A stretch of 64,000 nt of DNA, taken from positions 39,170 through 103,169 of the IMG/VR virus record IMGVR_UViG_2713896750_000003. One strand, given 5' to 3'. The notes beneath the pieces are model-generated. The model searched no databases, was not told where the DNA came from, and saw nothing but the letters and a program-made list of their open reading frames with translations. Shown here one piece after another: positions 30,601 to 39,209 of the stretch; within the stretch, counting starts at the first letter, position 1; every line of letters begins with the position of its first letter. This DNA comes from a virus. Lineage: Duplodnaviria; Caudoviricetes. The position numbers were made by a program, and so were the translations under genes.

Positions 30601-31116
30601 GGATGCTCGCTTAAGACCTTCAGAGTTAGCGCCTGATTTTGACGACGCGTTTATCAAAGCATCTAGAGCTTCGGCTGAGTCCTGAATTCCAGACGCTTCT
30701 ATCTTCGCAAAACTGTCAGCAATAGCTTGAACTGAAAATGGTGAGGACGAGGACATTTCAACGAGATCATTGACCGTACTCGCGGCTCTTTCCATCGCAT
30801 CGGCGTAACTGACCGCAGAGTCGTCCATACCAGCGATCAGCACTTGCGAGCGTTCGAGTTGCGCATTTTGAGCTAAGATTGCGCGAGGAAGACCAGTGAA
30901 AAGAAGAGATAAGTTCTCAACGGCGCTTCTTGCCAGCCCCAGAACAATTGCCGCGTCACGAGTTTTGTGAAGCCAAGTCTCTGTACGACTCTCTACCGAT
31001 TTTACAGAGTCTCCATATTTATCTAGAGACTTGGCCGACTTGCTCACACGACCAATAAATGCGTCGGCCCCGTTCAATACGAGGCCGACTGAGATATTTC
31101 CTGCATTATTACTCAT
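27607..31116 (-). CDS. tail tape measure protein
   Basis: 1169 aa helical; AIQQMSGKGVISMEELRQQLGEAIP tape-measure domain; C-terminal FANGG...GEGDMNEAYVPL. Confidence 0.93.
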   Translation of the reverse strand: MSNNAGNISVGLVLNGADAFIGRVSKSAKSLDKYGDSVKSVESRTETWLHKTRDAAIVLGLARSAVENLSLLFTGLPRAILAQNAQLERSQVLIAGMDDSAVSYADAMERAASTVNDLVEMSSSSPFSVQAIADSFAKIEASGIQDSAEALDALINASSKSGANSEGLKRASIAIQQMSGKGVISMEELRQQLGEAIPTAMQLMADASGMRMGEMVKLISTGAMESKSALDELFKEMAFSSMGAAEAMANTLEGLKNRIGNDLIMLAKEVGDSDFNDTIKEIGNELDDMLSSGEAASAARDIGESLAYITRTLFDMSVAIAQNAKEIGAIVTSILALKAVNRVGNTLTSVWEQADKAGKKYSGNVDRYMRRTNALIERHTEAIAANQRALSERYYAQSGGAISERLADNYRKYEQHINATHNAAIEKIRSAQKAYISSSSRIIATAKNMFSAIGGWATVATVGITSLIYLYDELIGKQSRAAENIVRNNGLDTTAEEIENARAHLERVDKKLADLQKQRREQIEFVKNSGNAQWAESANSGAATSMIDSQIRRLEEERKLLIESVKSARERLLAAALDIGESQASRLIYGQMQDITREYERQEKELRETLEGKGLKGEAFTNAFKPALQELREEAVESLEEVANKESEHIRELMSALESKSKGGILSDKDAEQMEIYKGQLNGLIKLVEKYRKNIEVGTVGTLSMSQQQMSVEEKLISKLEKTEALYSHRLSRLKGEVKYGEKRLQLEEDIAAGKYQNATIDFAAARLAADAADRAIQAYNDEKEAIAEQKRLKKEIAQVNKNLDDMTLSMAKKLGTSQGKSLNQFMRWKSASEQNAQAIAQMRKQLEEVTNMSLSDSQKSALKTLELMAEQIDLNNIILQQSEYRRDIERTFENSIEKYNRETKETRRNLLEVKGELQQQLVSLEKNTEEWRLTKQAIESINHSLDAAEEKAKRLNPRTDGWYDLSDKITEMSFQIDNQLATSFDGIMDGFVESMWDAEASFSDVIDNMVKDIGKYITKMLIAQSVQKAVFGITGMFGGSESPSPVGDASSYGGFQVPTSNFANGGIMTEFGSLPLKKYANGGVAKSPQVAVFGEGDMNEAYVPLPDGRSIPVTMRGNGNPPVVNVINQTGVQADVQSTSRFDGEKYITDVVMKAASRPGKFRDALNR

Positions 31117-31124
31117 TCAGTCTC

Positions 31125-31457
31125 CTAAGCCATTAGCGCTTTCAGTTTGTCAATTGCCCCTTTTTCTGCGTAAACCAACTGCTTACGCTCGATTTGGAAC
31201 ACTTCACCCTGCTCGACAACCAATGCCTTTCGGACTTCCTGAATTTTATCTCCGCTCATTACGGAGCTGATAACGGCTAGACCTCTCAAATCAGTCTCAG
31301 CGCGTATTCGAGGGATTTGCTTTTCCATAGCAAAGAACAGCCTCGCAGACATGTTGAGCGTCTCCTCCGGACTGCTGCTATAGAAATGACAAAATCGAGA
31401 AAATAAGAATAGAAAATCAACCGACTCTATCCTTGACTCGACAGTGCCTACTTTCCC
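31125..31457 (-). CDS. tail assembly chaperone GT C-terminal part, reached by -1 frameshift
   Basis: -1 frame from GGGAAAG is open (VGTVESRIESVDFLFLFSRFCHFY...) and continues into MSARLFFAMEK... Confidence 0.82.
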   Translation of the reverse strand, partial: GKVGTVESRIESVDFLFLFSRFCHFYSSSPEETLNMSARLFFAMEKQIPRIRAETDLRGLAVISSVMSGDKIQEVRKALVVEQGEVFQIERKQLVYAEKGAIDKLKALMA

Positions 31458-31762
31458 TCTTCTTCCTCTTCAACTGCCTGCTCCAGAGCCTCATCAGACT
31501 CCGAAGCGAACTTGATCAGAGCTTGCAATTGCGTAACGTTGAGATTTCGAATCTCTTTTTCTGGCGCGTCCGGCAGTACAGCTTTTGCTGACGCAACTAA
31601 AGCTTCAAACATGGCTTCTGAGTCGTCTGCGTTAAGCTTTTTGCGTGCTCGAACGGACTCAATGAGCTGCTGAACCGTCTGCTCTCGAATTTGATATTCG
31701 ACACCGTTCAAAACTACTGGACGAGAATTACCGGCTAGTTCATCAAGATTAAGAAGTTTCAT
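31448..31762 (-). CDS. tail assembly chaperone G
   Basis: 104 aa between major tail and tape measure, ends GAG GGA AAG TAG. Confidence 0.85.
   Translation of the reverse strand: MKLLNLDELAGNSRPVVLNGVEYQIREQTVQQLIESVRARKKLNADDSEAMFEALVASAKAVLPDAPEKEIRNLNVTQLQALIKFASESDEALEQAVEEEEEGK
31451..31457 (-). other. programmed -1 ribosomal frameshift slippery site GGGAAAG
   Basis: Same heptamer as lambda G/GT, directly before the G stop codon. Confidence 0.85.
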
Positions 31763-31776
31763 TGGTTGTCTCCTTG

Positions 31777-31804
31777 AAAAATGCCCCTATCAAGATAGGA
31801 GCAT
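31777..31804 (-). terminator. probable terminator after the major tail gene
   Basis: ATGCTCCTATC-TT-GATAGGGGCAT-TTTT on the minus strand. Confidence 0.6.
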
Positions 31805-31822
31805 AATACCAGTTACAAACAC

Positions 31823-31844
31823 TTTAAGTAAGTACATACTTAAA
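31823..31844. promoter_or_regulatory. dispersed palindrome copy TTTAAGTAAGTACATACTTAAA
   Basis: One mismatch to the 20-bp consensus. Confidence 0.7.
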
Positions 31845-31846
31845 TA

Positions 31847-32371
31847 TTAAGCCGACGCTGTCTTGTCACCAAAGTGCATAATCACGCCAGTTGATGGATC
31901 AGGGTAGCCTTTGAACTGAGAGTTAAACACTCGCTCCTGATCTAATTGATAAGCGAAGTTCATAGCGCCCGCAGTCGCCGCTTTAGGTATAACCACGTCC
32001 TCTGATACATCGCTATCAGGCAAGGCAATCGGATGGAGTACCAGCTCCTGCGCGACGTCCAGAAGACTCTCGCCAACACCTGTCTTCACTTCAACTCGCT
32101 TCTTGCTTGAATCAGTTGAATCGGTAATCAAGGTTGCGCCCGGCATCACTTTGACTAAGTTTTCCAATGTTGTTTCTGCCAAAGGTGCGGTGACTGTTAC
32201 ATTTCGACCAGTAATAATTTCGTTTACAGTTGTTTCGCCGAACTGATCGACCTTGGTTTCGTGCGTAGTAGTTTCAACAGAAAGCTCAACACCGCCTAGC
32301 GTCAAACCTAAGTCCTCACCGGCGAAGGTGATTTTACAAGTACCCAGCTTGATGTTTTTGGTATCACCCAT
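31847..32371 (-). CDS. major tail tube protein
   Basis: NIKLGTCKITFAGEDLGLTLGGVEL...VDQFGET; position before the chaperones. Confidence 0.85.
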   Translation of the reverse strand: MGDTKNIKLGTCKITFAGEDLGLTLGGVELSVETTTHETKVDQFGETTVNEIITGRNVTVTAPLAETTLENLVKVMPGATLITDSTDSSKKRVEVKTGVGESLLDVAQELVLHPIALPDSDVSEDVVIPKAATAGAMNFAYQLDQERVFNSQFKGYPDPSTGVIMHFGDKTASA

Positions 32372-32373
32372 TT

Positions 32374-32757
32374 TCATTCTCCAACAGTGAAAGATATTTC
32401 AAAAGCGAGTAGCCACTCTACATAGCCACCCTCGTTTCGGCCAAAGCTGTGAGGCAGCATCTCAGGCTTTGCGACCAATACATGATACTCACCAAACGTT
32501 TTTCCCTGACCCCTGATGAGTTTGAAGATCTTATTGCTTAGGCTCTCTCCCTCGACAGAGCTTTTAAATCTCACCGTAATGTTAAAAGACCCTCTGTAAT
32601 AGTCATCAGCATTTGTGTGTTGCATGAACCCTTCCGGATCTTCGAAAAGAAGAACTCCCGGCGTGTCATCGGACATTTGATTGACAAAAATTGTCTCACC
32701 TTGAACACCTATACCTTCAGATTCAAGGTAACTTGCTATTCTTGCTAGAATGCTCAC
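32374..32757 (-). CDS. tail terminator/minor capsid-type protein
   Basis: IASYLESEGIG..GETIFVNQM; position before the major tail gene. Confidence 0.65.
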   Translation of the reverse strand: MSILARIASYLESEGIGVQGETIFVNQMSDDTPGVLLFEDPEGFMQHTNADDYYRGSFNITVRFKSSVEGESLSNKIFKLIRGQGKTFGEYHVLVAKPEMLPHSFGRNEGGYVEWLLAFEISFTVGE

Positions 32758-33299
32758 TTCAACTCCTTAGCGACTGCCTCTCTCAACTTCTCAAGAATTG
32801 GAAGTCGGTACTGATTTATCGCTCTGGTGAGAAAAAGACGCCCAACGTAATTTCCCGATCGATTCGGGTATTTACTCAGTCTTTTCTGACCTCTTGGCGG
32901 CGTTCTGTTAGCTTTGGCTCTGGAATTGATCTCTTTGCCAAATTTGTCCCGCCCTCTGATCTTGTAGGAAGTGTCATCGTGCATGTATTTGGCATATCTA
33001 GTAACAGGGACCGCTCTTCCCTTTAAGATGCGCATCGCGCTTGGCTTTATTTGAACGGTAAACGTAAGTCGTCGATTGATACCGTTTTTTCTCTCTATCA
33101 CTTCCCAGTTTTTCAGGTCGCCAAGAGCTCCGGTTTCCTCAGGTGCAAACCATGCAGCGCGTCGTCTTACCTTGTCCGCATAGTCTCGCATTACAGCAAC
33201 ACAGGCTCGGCTACTTCTCTGAGCAAGGTTCATCATTTTTACCTGAACCTTGTCGATCTGCCTCTCTATGCCAAATTCTGACGAGTTACGCCGAGCCAC
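32754..33299 (-). CDS. neck protein, HK97 gp10-like
   Basis: APEETGAL...YAKYMHD...FLTRA basic protein. Confidence 0.68.
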   Translation of the reverse strand: MARRNSSEFGIERQIDKVQVKMMNLAQRSSRACVAVMRDYADKVRRRAAWFAPEETGALGDLKNWEVIERKNGINRRLTFTVQIKPSAMRILKGRAVPVTRYAKYMHDDTSYKIRGRDKFGKEINSRAKANRTPPRGQKRLSKYPNRSGNYVGRLFLTRAINQYRLPILEKLREAVAKELK

Positions 33300-33633
33300 A
33301 GTCTACTTCCCAGTGATGAAGTCTTCCGACTATATCCATTCTTTCTTGAACACGAACAATGGACATCGGCTCTCCGTTATCCAAAGTTATCTTGTCGCCC
33401 TTTTTGGGCTTGCAAAACTTGTCCATAATGATTCTAAATTCAGCAACCCTTTCGTCAGCTCGACCTCGTGATGCAGAGCTATCCGCTCGAACCGCGCTGT
33501 CCTTCAGGTTATCTCTGAGATGTATCGGGGCCCAGCCAAACTTAATAGGCTCAAGGCTATACTCTCTGTCGCCGTATACATTCTTTTTAAGAGCTGGATA
33601 CAGTCGTCCAGTCTTTCTCAAAGGAATGAACAT
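33286..33633 (-). CDS. head closure/head-tail joining protein
   Basis: 115 aa in the head-tail block; NVYG, RADSSASRG. Confidence 0.62.
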   Translation of the reverse strand: MFIPLRKTGRLYPALKKNVYGDREYSLEPIKFGWAPIHLRDNLKDSAVRADSSASRGRADERVAEFRIIMDKFCKPKKGDKITLDNGEPMSIVRVQERMDIVGRLHHWEVDCGSA

Positions 33634-34340
33634 TACCCCTCCCGTACCAGTCGAACCGATGCCAAACTTTGAGGATGAAGCTCACCTTCAGGGGCCTCAC
33701 CTAGCGAAAATCTGATGCCGTTTCTAGCATGACCTGGTTGAACCAATTCAAACTCTTTAAACCCAAGTTTCGCCGCTTGCAACATGTACTCGGTGTGACG
33801 AAGTTGGTTTAAAAAAGCAGCCAACTTAATATATACCGCCCAGTTAGGTCTTATCTTTCTTCCAGCTCTGTCTATTGAGTAAACCTGTAGAATTTCACCT
33901 CTATTCCTTTCACGAACTCGAATTCTTGCAGAGGCCGGCGACAGTCCGGACGAAACCAACATTGAGTGTTGACTCATGAGTTTTTTGGCTAGAATGACGC
34001 CATTCAGAGTAGCATTGAGAAAATCCTGTCTAATTGAGGCCTCGATGTCTGACAGATCAACATTTACTTTCTCAACTTCGCCAGATGCAAGATTCGCATC
34101 TGTAAGCGCTCTCAAGCGCTCCTCATACGCAATGTGATGAGATACAGACTTGAGCTTCAAAATCGTGTCTGAGAAGCCCTGATTTGCGATTTCAGTAGCT
34201 GTTTTCTTGAACTTGCGCAACTCTTTTGCAGTCATTGCGTTTGAGCTGTCGAGATACGAGTGAAGCGCCCCGTTAAGGGCGCTTAAACAGGTCTCATAAA
34301 TTTTGGTAACGCTCAAAGCGGAGTCGACATGACTAAACAC
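33633..34340 (-). CDS. hypothetical virion morphogenesis protein
   Basis: Coupled ORF within the head-tail block; DRAGRK and HP motifs reminiscent of minor head proteins. Confidence 0.6.
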   Translation of the reverse strand: MFSHVDSALSVTKIYETCLSALNGALHSYLDSSNAMTAKELRKFKKTATEIANQGFSDTILKLKSVSHHIAYEERLRALTDANLASGEVEKVNVDLSDIEASIRQDFLNATLNGVILAKKLMSQHSMLVSSGLSPASARIRVRERNRGEILQVYSIDRAGRKIRPNWAVYIKLAAFLNQLRHTEYMLQAAKLGFKEFELVQPGHARNGIRFSLGEAPEGELHPQSLASVRLVREG

Positions 34341-35124
34341 GAGTCAATCTCCTGTCGTACTGAACATATCGACCAATATATTTAAGGGCGTGCTTAGAAA
34401 CTGACAGCTCAAGAGGCTTACTGGTTCGGAAGAACTGCTTGACCTCCCCTACCGAGTAGGACAGTACGCCCTTCGATCGCAGGTCCTCTGTCCCATCTCC
34501 TCCCAATATATATTCAGCCTCTACCATTTGAGCGAACTCAAGATTCTGCTTAACGGACTTATCAAGAACATCATAAAGTTCTGGGGTTATCTGTAATGTC
34601 GTCCAGAAACTATCCCCACTATCCGTAAGCATTGGGCTGCCCTCGTTGTCTATCAGTGCGCCCTTAGCGAACTCGATATTGCCGATATTTCGATAGGCTG
34701 CAATCAGAGCGGCCTTTCTCTCCTGCTCTGTTGCCGTATTGAAAGCAACAAAGTGAGGAAATTCAGGCATGAGTCGTAAAGCTTCGAGATAAGTGACGAA
34801 CGAGTTCTCCGCCGGAGTTACCGTTTGTTCGTTTTCGAGAGTGAAATACTCTCGGATAGACACTTCACTTTCTTGCGCAACCAAGGTGACCTTGAGCAGA
34901 CGTACCTCAGTATTTTGACCGTTGCTAATGGTGCAAATCTCGCTGCCAAGCTCAATAACCACTTGAGTATCGTCAACCGCAGGGGTAATCTCTCCTGCTG
35001 CGATCGAGGACTCTTTTTCATCAAGAACCTCCCACAATACTTTTGCAACAGAAATTGACTCCCCTTGTTCATCGAGAAAAGGTATAGCGAAGTCAATAGC
35101 TTTCTTACTTAGGTACTTACGCAT
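34333..35124 (-). CDS. head-tail adaptor protein
   Basis: ENSFVTYLEA...KAALIAA...AQMVEA...SYSVGE pattern of adaptors. Confidence 0.65.
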   Translation of the reverse strand: MRKYLSKKAIDFAIPFLDEQGESISVAKVLWEVLDEKESSIAAGEITPAVDDTQVVIELGSEICTISNGQNTEVRLLKVTLVAQESEVSIREYFTLENEQTVTPAENSFVTYLEALRLMPEFPHFVAFNTATEQERKAALIAAYRNIGNIEFAKGALIDNEGSPMLTDSGDSFWTTLQITPELYDVLDKSVKQNLEFAQMVEAEYILGGDGTEDLRSKGVLSYSVGEVKQFFRTSKPLELSVSKHALKYIGRYVQYDRRLTRV

Positions 35125-35127
35125 CTA

Positions 35128-35625
35128 TTAGCCCTGATTTTTCAGAATTCGATCGATAAGCTCAGGGATTGATTTGCCCTTTACTCCAATTGCATCACCA
35201 ATTTCACGAAGGCCTCTTAGCCCGCTCTCATCTGCCACCTTTTCAAGCTGCTCGCGAGTGTACTTAGTCGCGATATTATCCGCCTTATGCTCGGGCTTAT
35301 GATCGGGCTCTTTCTTTTGCTCAGGCTCATGACGAATAAACGGTTCTGTCTCTTGGTTTACTCGTCGACTGGCGATGAATGATTTTCGCACCTCTTCAAG
35401 TGCCGAATCGGGCATTGGGATCTTGCCCGGAATCACCTCAAAGACATCTTCGCCATTGTCATCGATGGCCACGCAATGAAGACCGATTCCCGGCAGCATT
35501 TCGGCCTCATTTCGGTTGAGCTTACGAACAGAAACGCCATCCTTAAACTCGAACATACCCATTGTTCCGGTCATGCCTTCGTTCTTTCCGGTTAGACGAA
35601 CGAAAAAATCGATAAAACTAAACAT
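35128..35625 (-). CDS. hypothetical protein with C-terminal Rho-N/HeH-like helical motif
   Basis: LREIGDAIGVKGKSIPELIDRIL; follows the major capsid gene. Confidence 0.65.
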   Translation of the reverse strand: MFSFIDFFVRLTGKNEGMTGTMGMFEFKDGVSVRKLNRNEAEMLPGIGLHCVAIDDNGEDVFEVIPGKIPMPDSALEEVRKSFIASRRVNQETEPFIRHEPEQKKEPDHKPEHKADNIATKYTREQLEKVADESGLRGLREIGDAIGVKGKSIPELIDRILKNQG

Positions 35626-35644
35626 TGATATTCCTCTTCGTAAA

Positions 35645-35670
35645 CTTTAAAGGGAGGGCTAGCCCTCCCT
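35645..35670 (-). terminator. terminator after the major capsid gene
   Basis: AGGGAGGGCTAGCCCTCCCT palindrome plus T-run. Confidence 0.75.
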
Positions 35671-35682
35671 AGTTGACAAGAC

Positions 35683-36576
35683 TTAGCCGATCTTGACGTC
35701 TTTGATCTTCGCCAATGAAAGCGTTGATTTAAGAGCGAGACCGGTATACATCTTGATTCGTGTACGAGTAGCGTCTTTGTTCTGAACCGTACCGATATCT
35801 TCGATATCGAAACCAGCTGCATGCTGCTTAGCAAACAGACCGTGAACGCCATTAGCTTCATCTAGGTGAATCGCAAAGATGTCAGATTTGTAATCTTCGC
35901 TAGCGTCAATTTGGGTTTTCTTGATGTACTCGTTCACGATAATTGGGCAGCCATCGTGAGCCAGAACAGGTCGGCCAAAGTTCTCAAGCTGAATCATGCC
36001 GCCAGTGTTGCCACCGAATGTACGCATGATCTGCTTGTACTTACGATAGTGCTCTGGACGCATCATGATCACATCAGCCCCAGTCTTAACCGCAGCCGTA
36101 AGTTCATCCAGCATTCCCAAATCCATAGCAAGATTGCCGGCATCTAAGACCTGATCTGCATGAACAAGCGCCTGTAGACCATCGAACTGCTTATTGGCCT
36201 GCTGACCATTAATTAGCGCATCTTTGTACTGATTGCGCATACCTTTGACCTTAGACTGGATCTGAATGGCTTTTTGGCTGTTCACGTCCGACATGGTGCC
36301 ATCGATGAACTTATCCACGTCAACGTCGCCGATCAGAATGCGCAGGCGAGTTGACACTTCATCGAACTCTGACGCGCTTTCGTTCACGTTCTCGTTCGGA
36401 TTCAGCCAGTCACCAGTTGCTAGAGTCTTTTCGCGGTTGTAATCGTAAGATTTACCAGAAGTACCAACGAACGATAGAAGGGCAAACAGCTCCTCTTGAT
36501 CGATGAACTCCTCGATAACGCCGCGAATCATATCTTCTTGTGAAAGCTTTTCAGCTTCGGCTTTTAACAGTGGCAT
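35683..36576 (-). CDS. major capsid protein (HK97 fold)
   Basis: MPLLKAEAEKLS...ILIGDVDVDKFI...INGQ...FDGL; CAGGAG RBS; follows the scaffold gene. Confidence 0.9.
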   Translation of the reverse strand: MPLLKAEAEKLSQEDMIRGVIEEFIDQEELFALLSFVGTSGKSYDYNREKTLATGDWLNPNENVNESASEFDEVSTRLRILIGDVDVDKFIDGTMSDVNSQKAIQIQSKVKGMRNQYKDALINGQQANKQFDGLQALVHADQVLDAGNLAMDLGMLDELTAAVKTGADVIMMRPEHYRKYKQIMRTFGGNTGGMIQLENFGRPVLAHDGCPIIVNEYIKKTQIDASEDYKSDIFAIHLDEANGVHGLFAKQHAAGFDIEDIGTVQNKDATRTRIKMYTGLALKSTLSLAKIKDVKIG

Positions 36577-36663
36577 ATTTACTCCTGAGTTAGCTACCGT
36601 GAGTAAGCGCAAGTTAAAACTAAGCGCTTACTTAAGATTACTGCCCAAAAGAAGATAGCTTGA

Positions 36664-37539
36664 TTAACCAGACTTATTTAAAGCATGAGCGATACGATTT
36701 ACGCCCGTGCCGATATCTCGGCCGCCATCACTCTTACCGTTACCCGGTGTCGTGCTTGAACCTGAACCCGTTACTTTGTTTCGCAACATGGATTCGATAT
36801 CGCCTTGCTTCTCAAGAATGGTCTTCAAAGCTTCATCAAATGAAACAGCTTTACCTTGTGAGTCAACGATTGGTGCTCGACCTTCAGCGCCTTTTGGCTT
36901 GTCGTAACCAATTACCTCACCATTTTCATTTGGCTCAAAGTGGTCACCATACAGGGCACGCACACGAGCCGGTGTCATCGCGGAGATCAAGTCTTCGCGA
37001 ATAAATTGAGAGTTTCCGAATGCAGCGCCAACCGTAAGCTCTTCGATTTGACCAAGCAGTGTCTTGTTGGTCTCCTCAAGATCTGACGTCTTTTTGTTAG
37101 CCGCTTCCAATTCAGTTGTGTGCTGGTTTCGCATCTGCTCCAAGATGCTTTCGTGCTCTTGAGCTTTTTGCTCAAGAAGCTTTTCGAATTCGCCGTCTTT
37201 ACGCAGTTGCTCCTCTTCGGCCTTTTTACGGGCCTGCTCCGCCTCTGCACGCTCCTGAAGCATTGTCTGATAAAGCTCAAGATCAACGCCTTCGAACTTG
37301 CTCAACGAGTCCTCTAGATCTTGGATCTTGCTTTTGCGCTTCATCGACTCTTTTAACAACTTGGCGTTTTCTGCCTTTAATGCTTCTGGATCGAAATCAG
37401 ATTCGCCAGCACTCTGCTCCTTTTTAGGCTGCTGAGTTTGCTCCTGACCGCCTTCACTAGGCGCGCCAGAGCCTGAACCTCCCTCAGTGCCATCTGAAGC
37501 TGGAGTCATGTACTTAAAGAATTGATTACGGAATTTCAT
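36664..37539 (-). CDS. capsid scaffolding protein
   Basis: Coiled-coil, GEFEKL, GSGS tail; between portal and capsid. Confidence 0.8.
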   Translation of the reverse strand: MKFRNQFFKYMTPASDGTEGGSGSGAPSEGGQEQTQQPKKEQSAGESDFDPEALKAENAKLLKESMKRKSKIQDLEDSLSKFEGVDLELYQTMLQERAEAEQARKKAEEEQLRKDGEFEKLLEQKAQEHESILEQMRNQHTTELEAANKKTSDLEETNKTLLGQIEELTVGAAFGNSQFIREDLISAMTPARVRALYGDHFEPNENGEVIGYDKPKGAEGRAPIVDSQGKAVSFDEALKTILEKQGDIESMLRNKVTGSGSSTTPGNGKSDGGRDIGTGVNRIAHALNKSG

Positions 37540-37559
37540 TATTTTGCCTCTCTCTTGGC

Positions 37560-39179
37560 TTATTCTTGGTCAGTATCTCGACCGTTCTCTTTGTCCTCAG
37601 ATTCAGCCTGTTCGATTTTCGCATTCGAAACAGATTCTTCAGACGCCTTGTTGATGCCGAATGTCTTACCGATCTGATCGGTAAGGTCGTCGGTCATCTG
37701 TTCAATCGAATCAGTAAGCTCTTTTCTGTCTTTATCTGAGATAAATGGGTATAGCTTGTCTAACACCTGCTTAAGCTGATAACGCTTAATCTCGATAGGC
37801 GTAGTAAGAGCTTCTAATCTCGATGAAATATCTAACTCGTCATGCAAGCCGCGTGTATCAAAGTCCGTAGGCCAAGCAATTAGCGTCTTTCGACCACTCT
37901 CGTTTTTTGGCGGCTCATAGTCTTTGACTCCGTGATACCGCATGACCAAATCGACCAGGTTATACTCGACCTGTTCTAATCCTTTAGATTTGTTAACTAG
38001 AAGGGAGTTGACTCGCTCAAAGTCATAGGCTTTTGCTACGCCTGATGAGTTATCAATACCCTGAGCATTGTCCTGCTTAGTTCGCTCGCCATTCACACCA
38101 ACGACTACGTATATTTCGTTAATGATCTGTCGGATTGAGGTGATAATCAGCTCGGCTTGCTTTGGGTCAGGCGATAAAAAGAATGGCTGACCGCCCTCAC
38201 CATCAAAGGTGAAGATTCGCTTGGTGCCCGCCTCGATAACCTTTCTATGGCCGTCCTCACCGGGCATTAACCCCTGAGCTGGAATTGCTAACTGACTAAA
38301 TGTCTGATCTTGAATTATTGCGTCCAAGTTAGAAAGATAGTTGGCGCAAGTTCGATCCAAGTAGGCGACATCTCCAATCATGGACGGAGAGTGATATAGC
38401 TCCTCAGACTCCATATGATCTACAGGAAACACTGGAACCACTCCAAGGCCGTGCTCTCCCTCTTCCACAAAAGCAAAGCGAATCTTCTCGTTTTTCTTGC
38501 GTTCAGGGTTATCTTCCTTGAATAAATGCCAAGTGTTACGCGTCCACAGTCGATAGCGATAAAACTGTCTGTTACTTGAGTTACTTAAAGGATTTTCATC
38601 ATCTCTAAACACTTCCCGAATCAGAATCCAGTTCAGGTTCTCATCTTCATCGAATGACATATCCAGAACATTTTGAGGGATCACGGAGTATGCGTAGATT
38701 TGAGGTTTAGCCTCGGCTTTACTTTCTCCAGAGCCACGGTTGATAGCGTCGACAACCACCCACACTCGTCCAAGAATTGAGCTTTGCTTTGACAAAAATC
38801 GCATGAATGACTCAATATTCTTGCCCCCTCTCGTGGCACAGTCCCAGAAGTCAACAATCTCCGTCGGGGCGTCTTTTTCGTTTCTGCGAATCTTCCCTTT
38901 GAAAACATACTTATTAACCAAGTCAACAACTTCTCGTGAATGGTTAAACCGGTAAGCTCTCTTAACTCGATCCTTGAACTCTTTGTCGCCCTCTTTGAGA
39001 TATTTGAAGATGTGCTTGTCAAACCAAGCTCGGCCGCCTGTATAGGTTTCAAGCAGAAACTCCCAATGATCCACCATTAGATCATAGGTAGGATGTCTTC
39101 GACCTAGAAGAAGGCCGATCTGCTCTGCTGTGGCCGTTTTATAACTCAAGAATTCACTCCCAATATTTTTTATGAGCAT
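37560..39179 (-). CDS. portal protein
   Basis: 539 aa after the terminase; HP.Y...W...Y.GG, HGLGVVP, SGVAKAYDF. Confidence 0.87.
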   Translation of the reverse strand: MLIKNIGSEFLSYKTATAEQIGLLLGRRHPTYDLMVDHWEFLLETYTGGRAWFDKHIFKYLKEGDKEFKDRVKRAYRFNHSREVVDLVNKYVFKGKIRRNEKDAPTEIVDFWDCATRGGKNIESFMRFLSKQSSILGRVWVVVDAINRGSGESKAEAKPQIYAYSVIPQNVLDMSFDEDENLNWILIREVFRDDENPLSNSSNRQFYRYRLWTRNTWHLFKEDNPERKKNEKIRFAFVEEGEHGLGVVPVFPVDHMESEELYHSPSMIGDVAYLDRTCANYLSNLDAIIQDQTFSQLAIPAQGLMPGEDGHRKVIEAGTKRIFTFDGEGGQPFFLSPDPKQAELIITSIRQIINEIYVVVGVNGERTKQDNAQGIDNSSGVAKAYDFERVNSLLVNKSKGLEQVEYNLVDLVMRYHGVKDYEPPKNESGRKTLIAWPTDFDTRGLHDELDISSRLEALTTPIEIKRYQLKQVLDKLYPFISDKDRKELTDSIEQMTDDLTDQIGKTFGINKASEESVSNAKIEQAESEDKENGRDTDQE

Positions 39180-39209
39180 ATAATAGTAAGTACTTACTTA
39201 AGATGCAAC

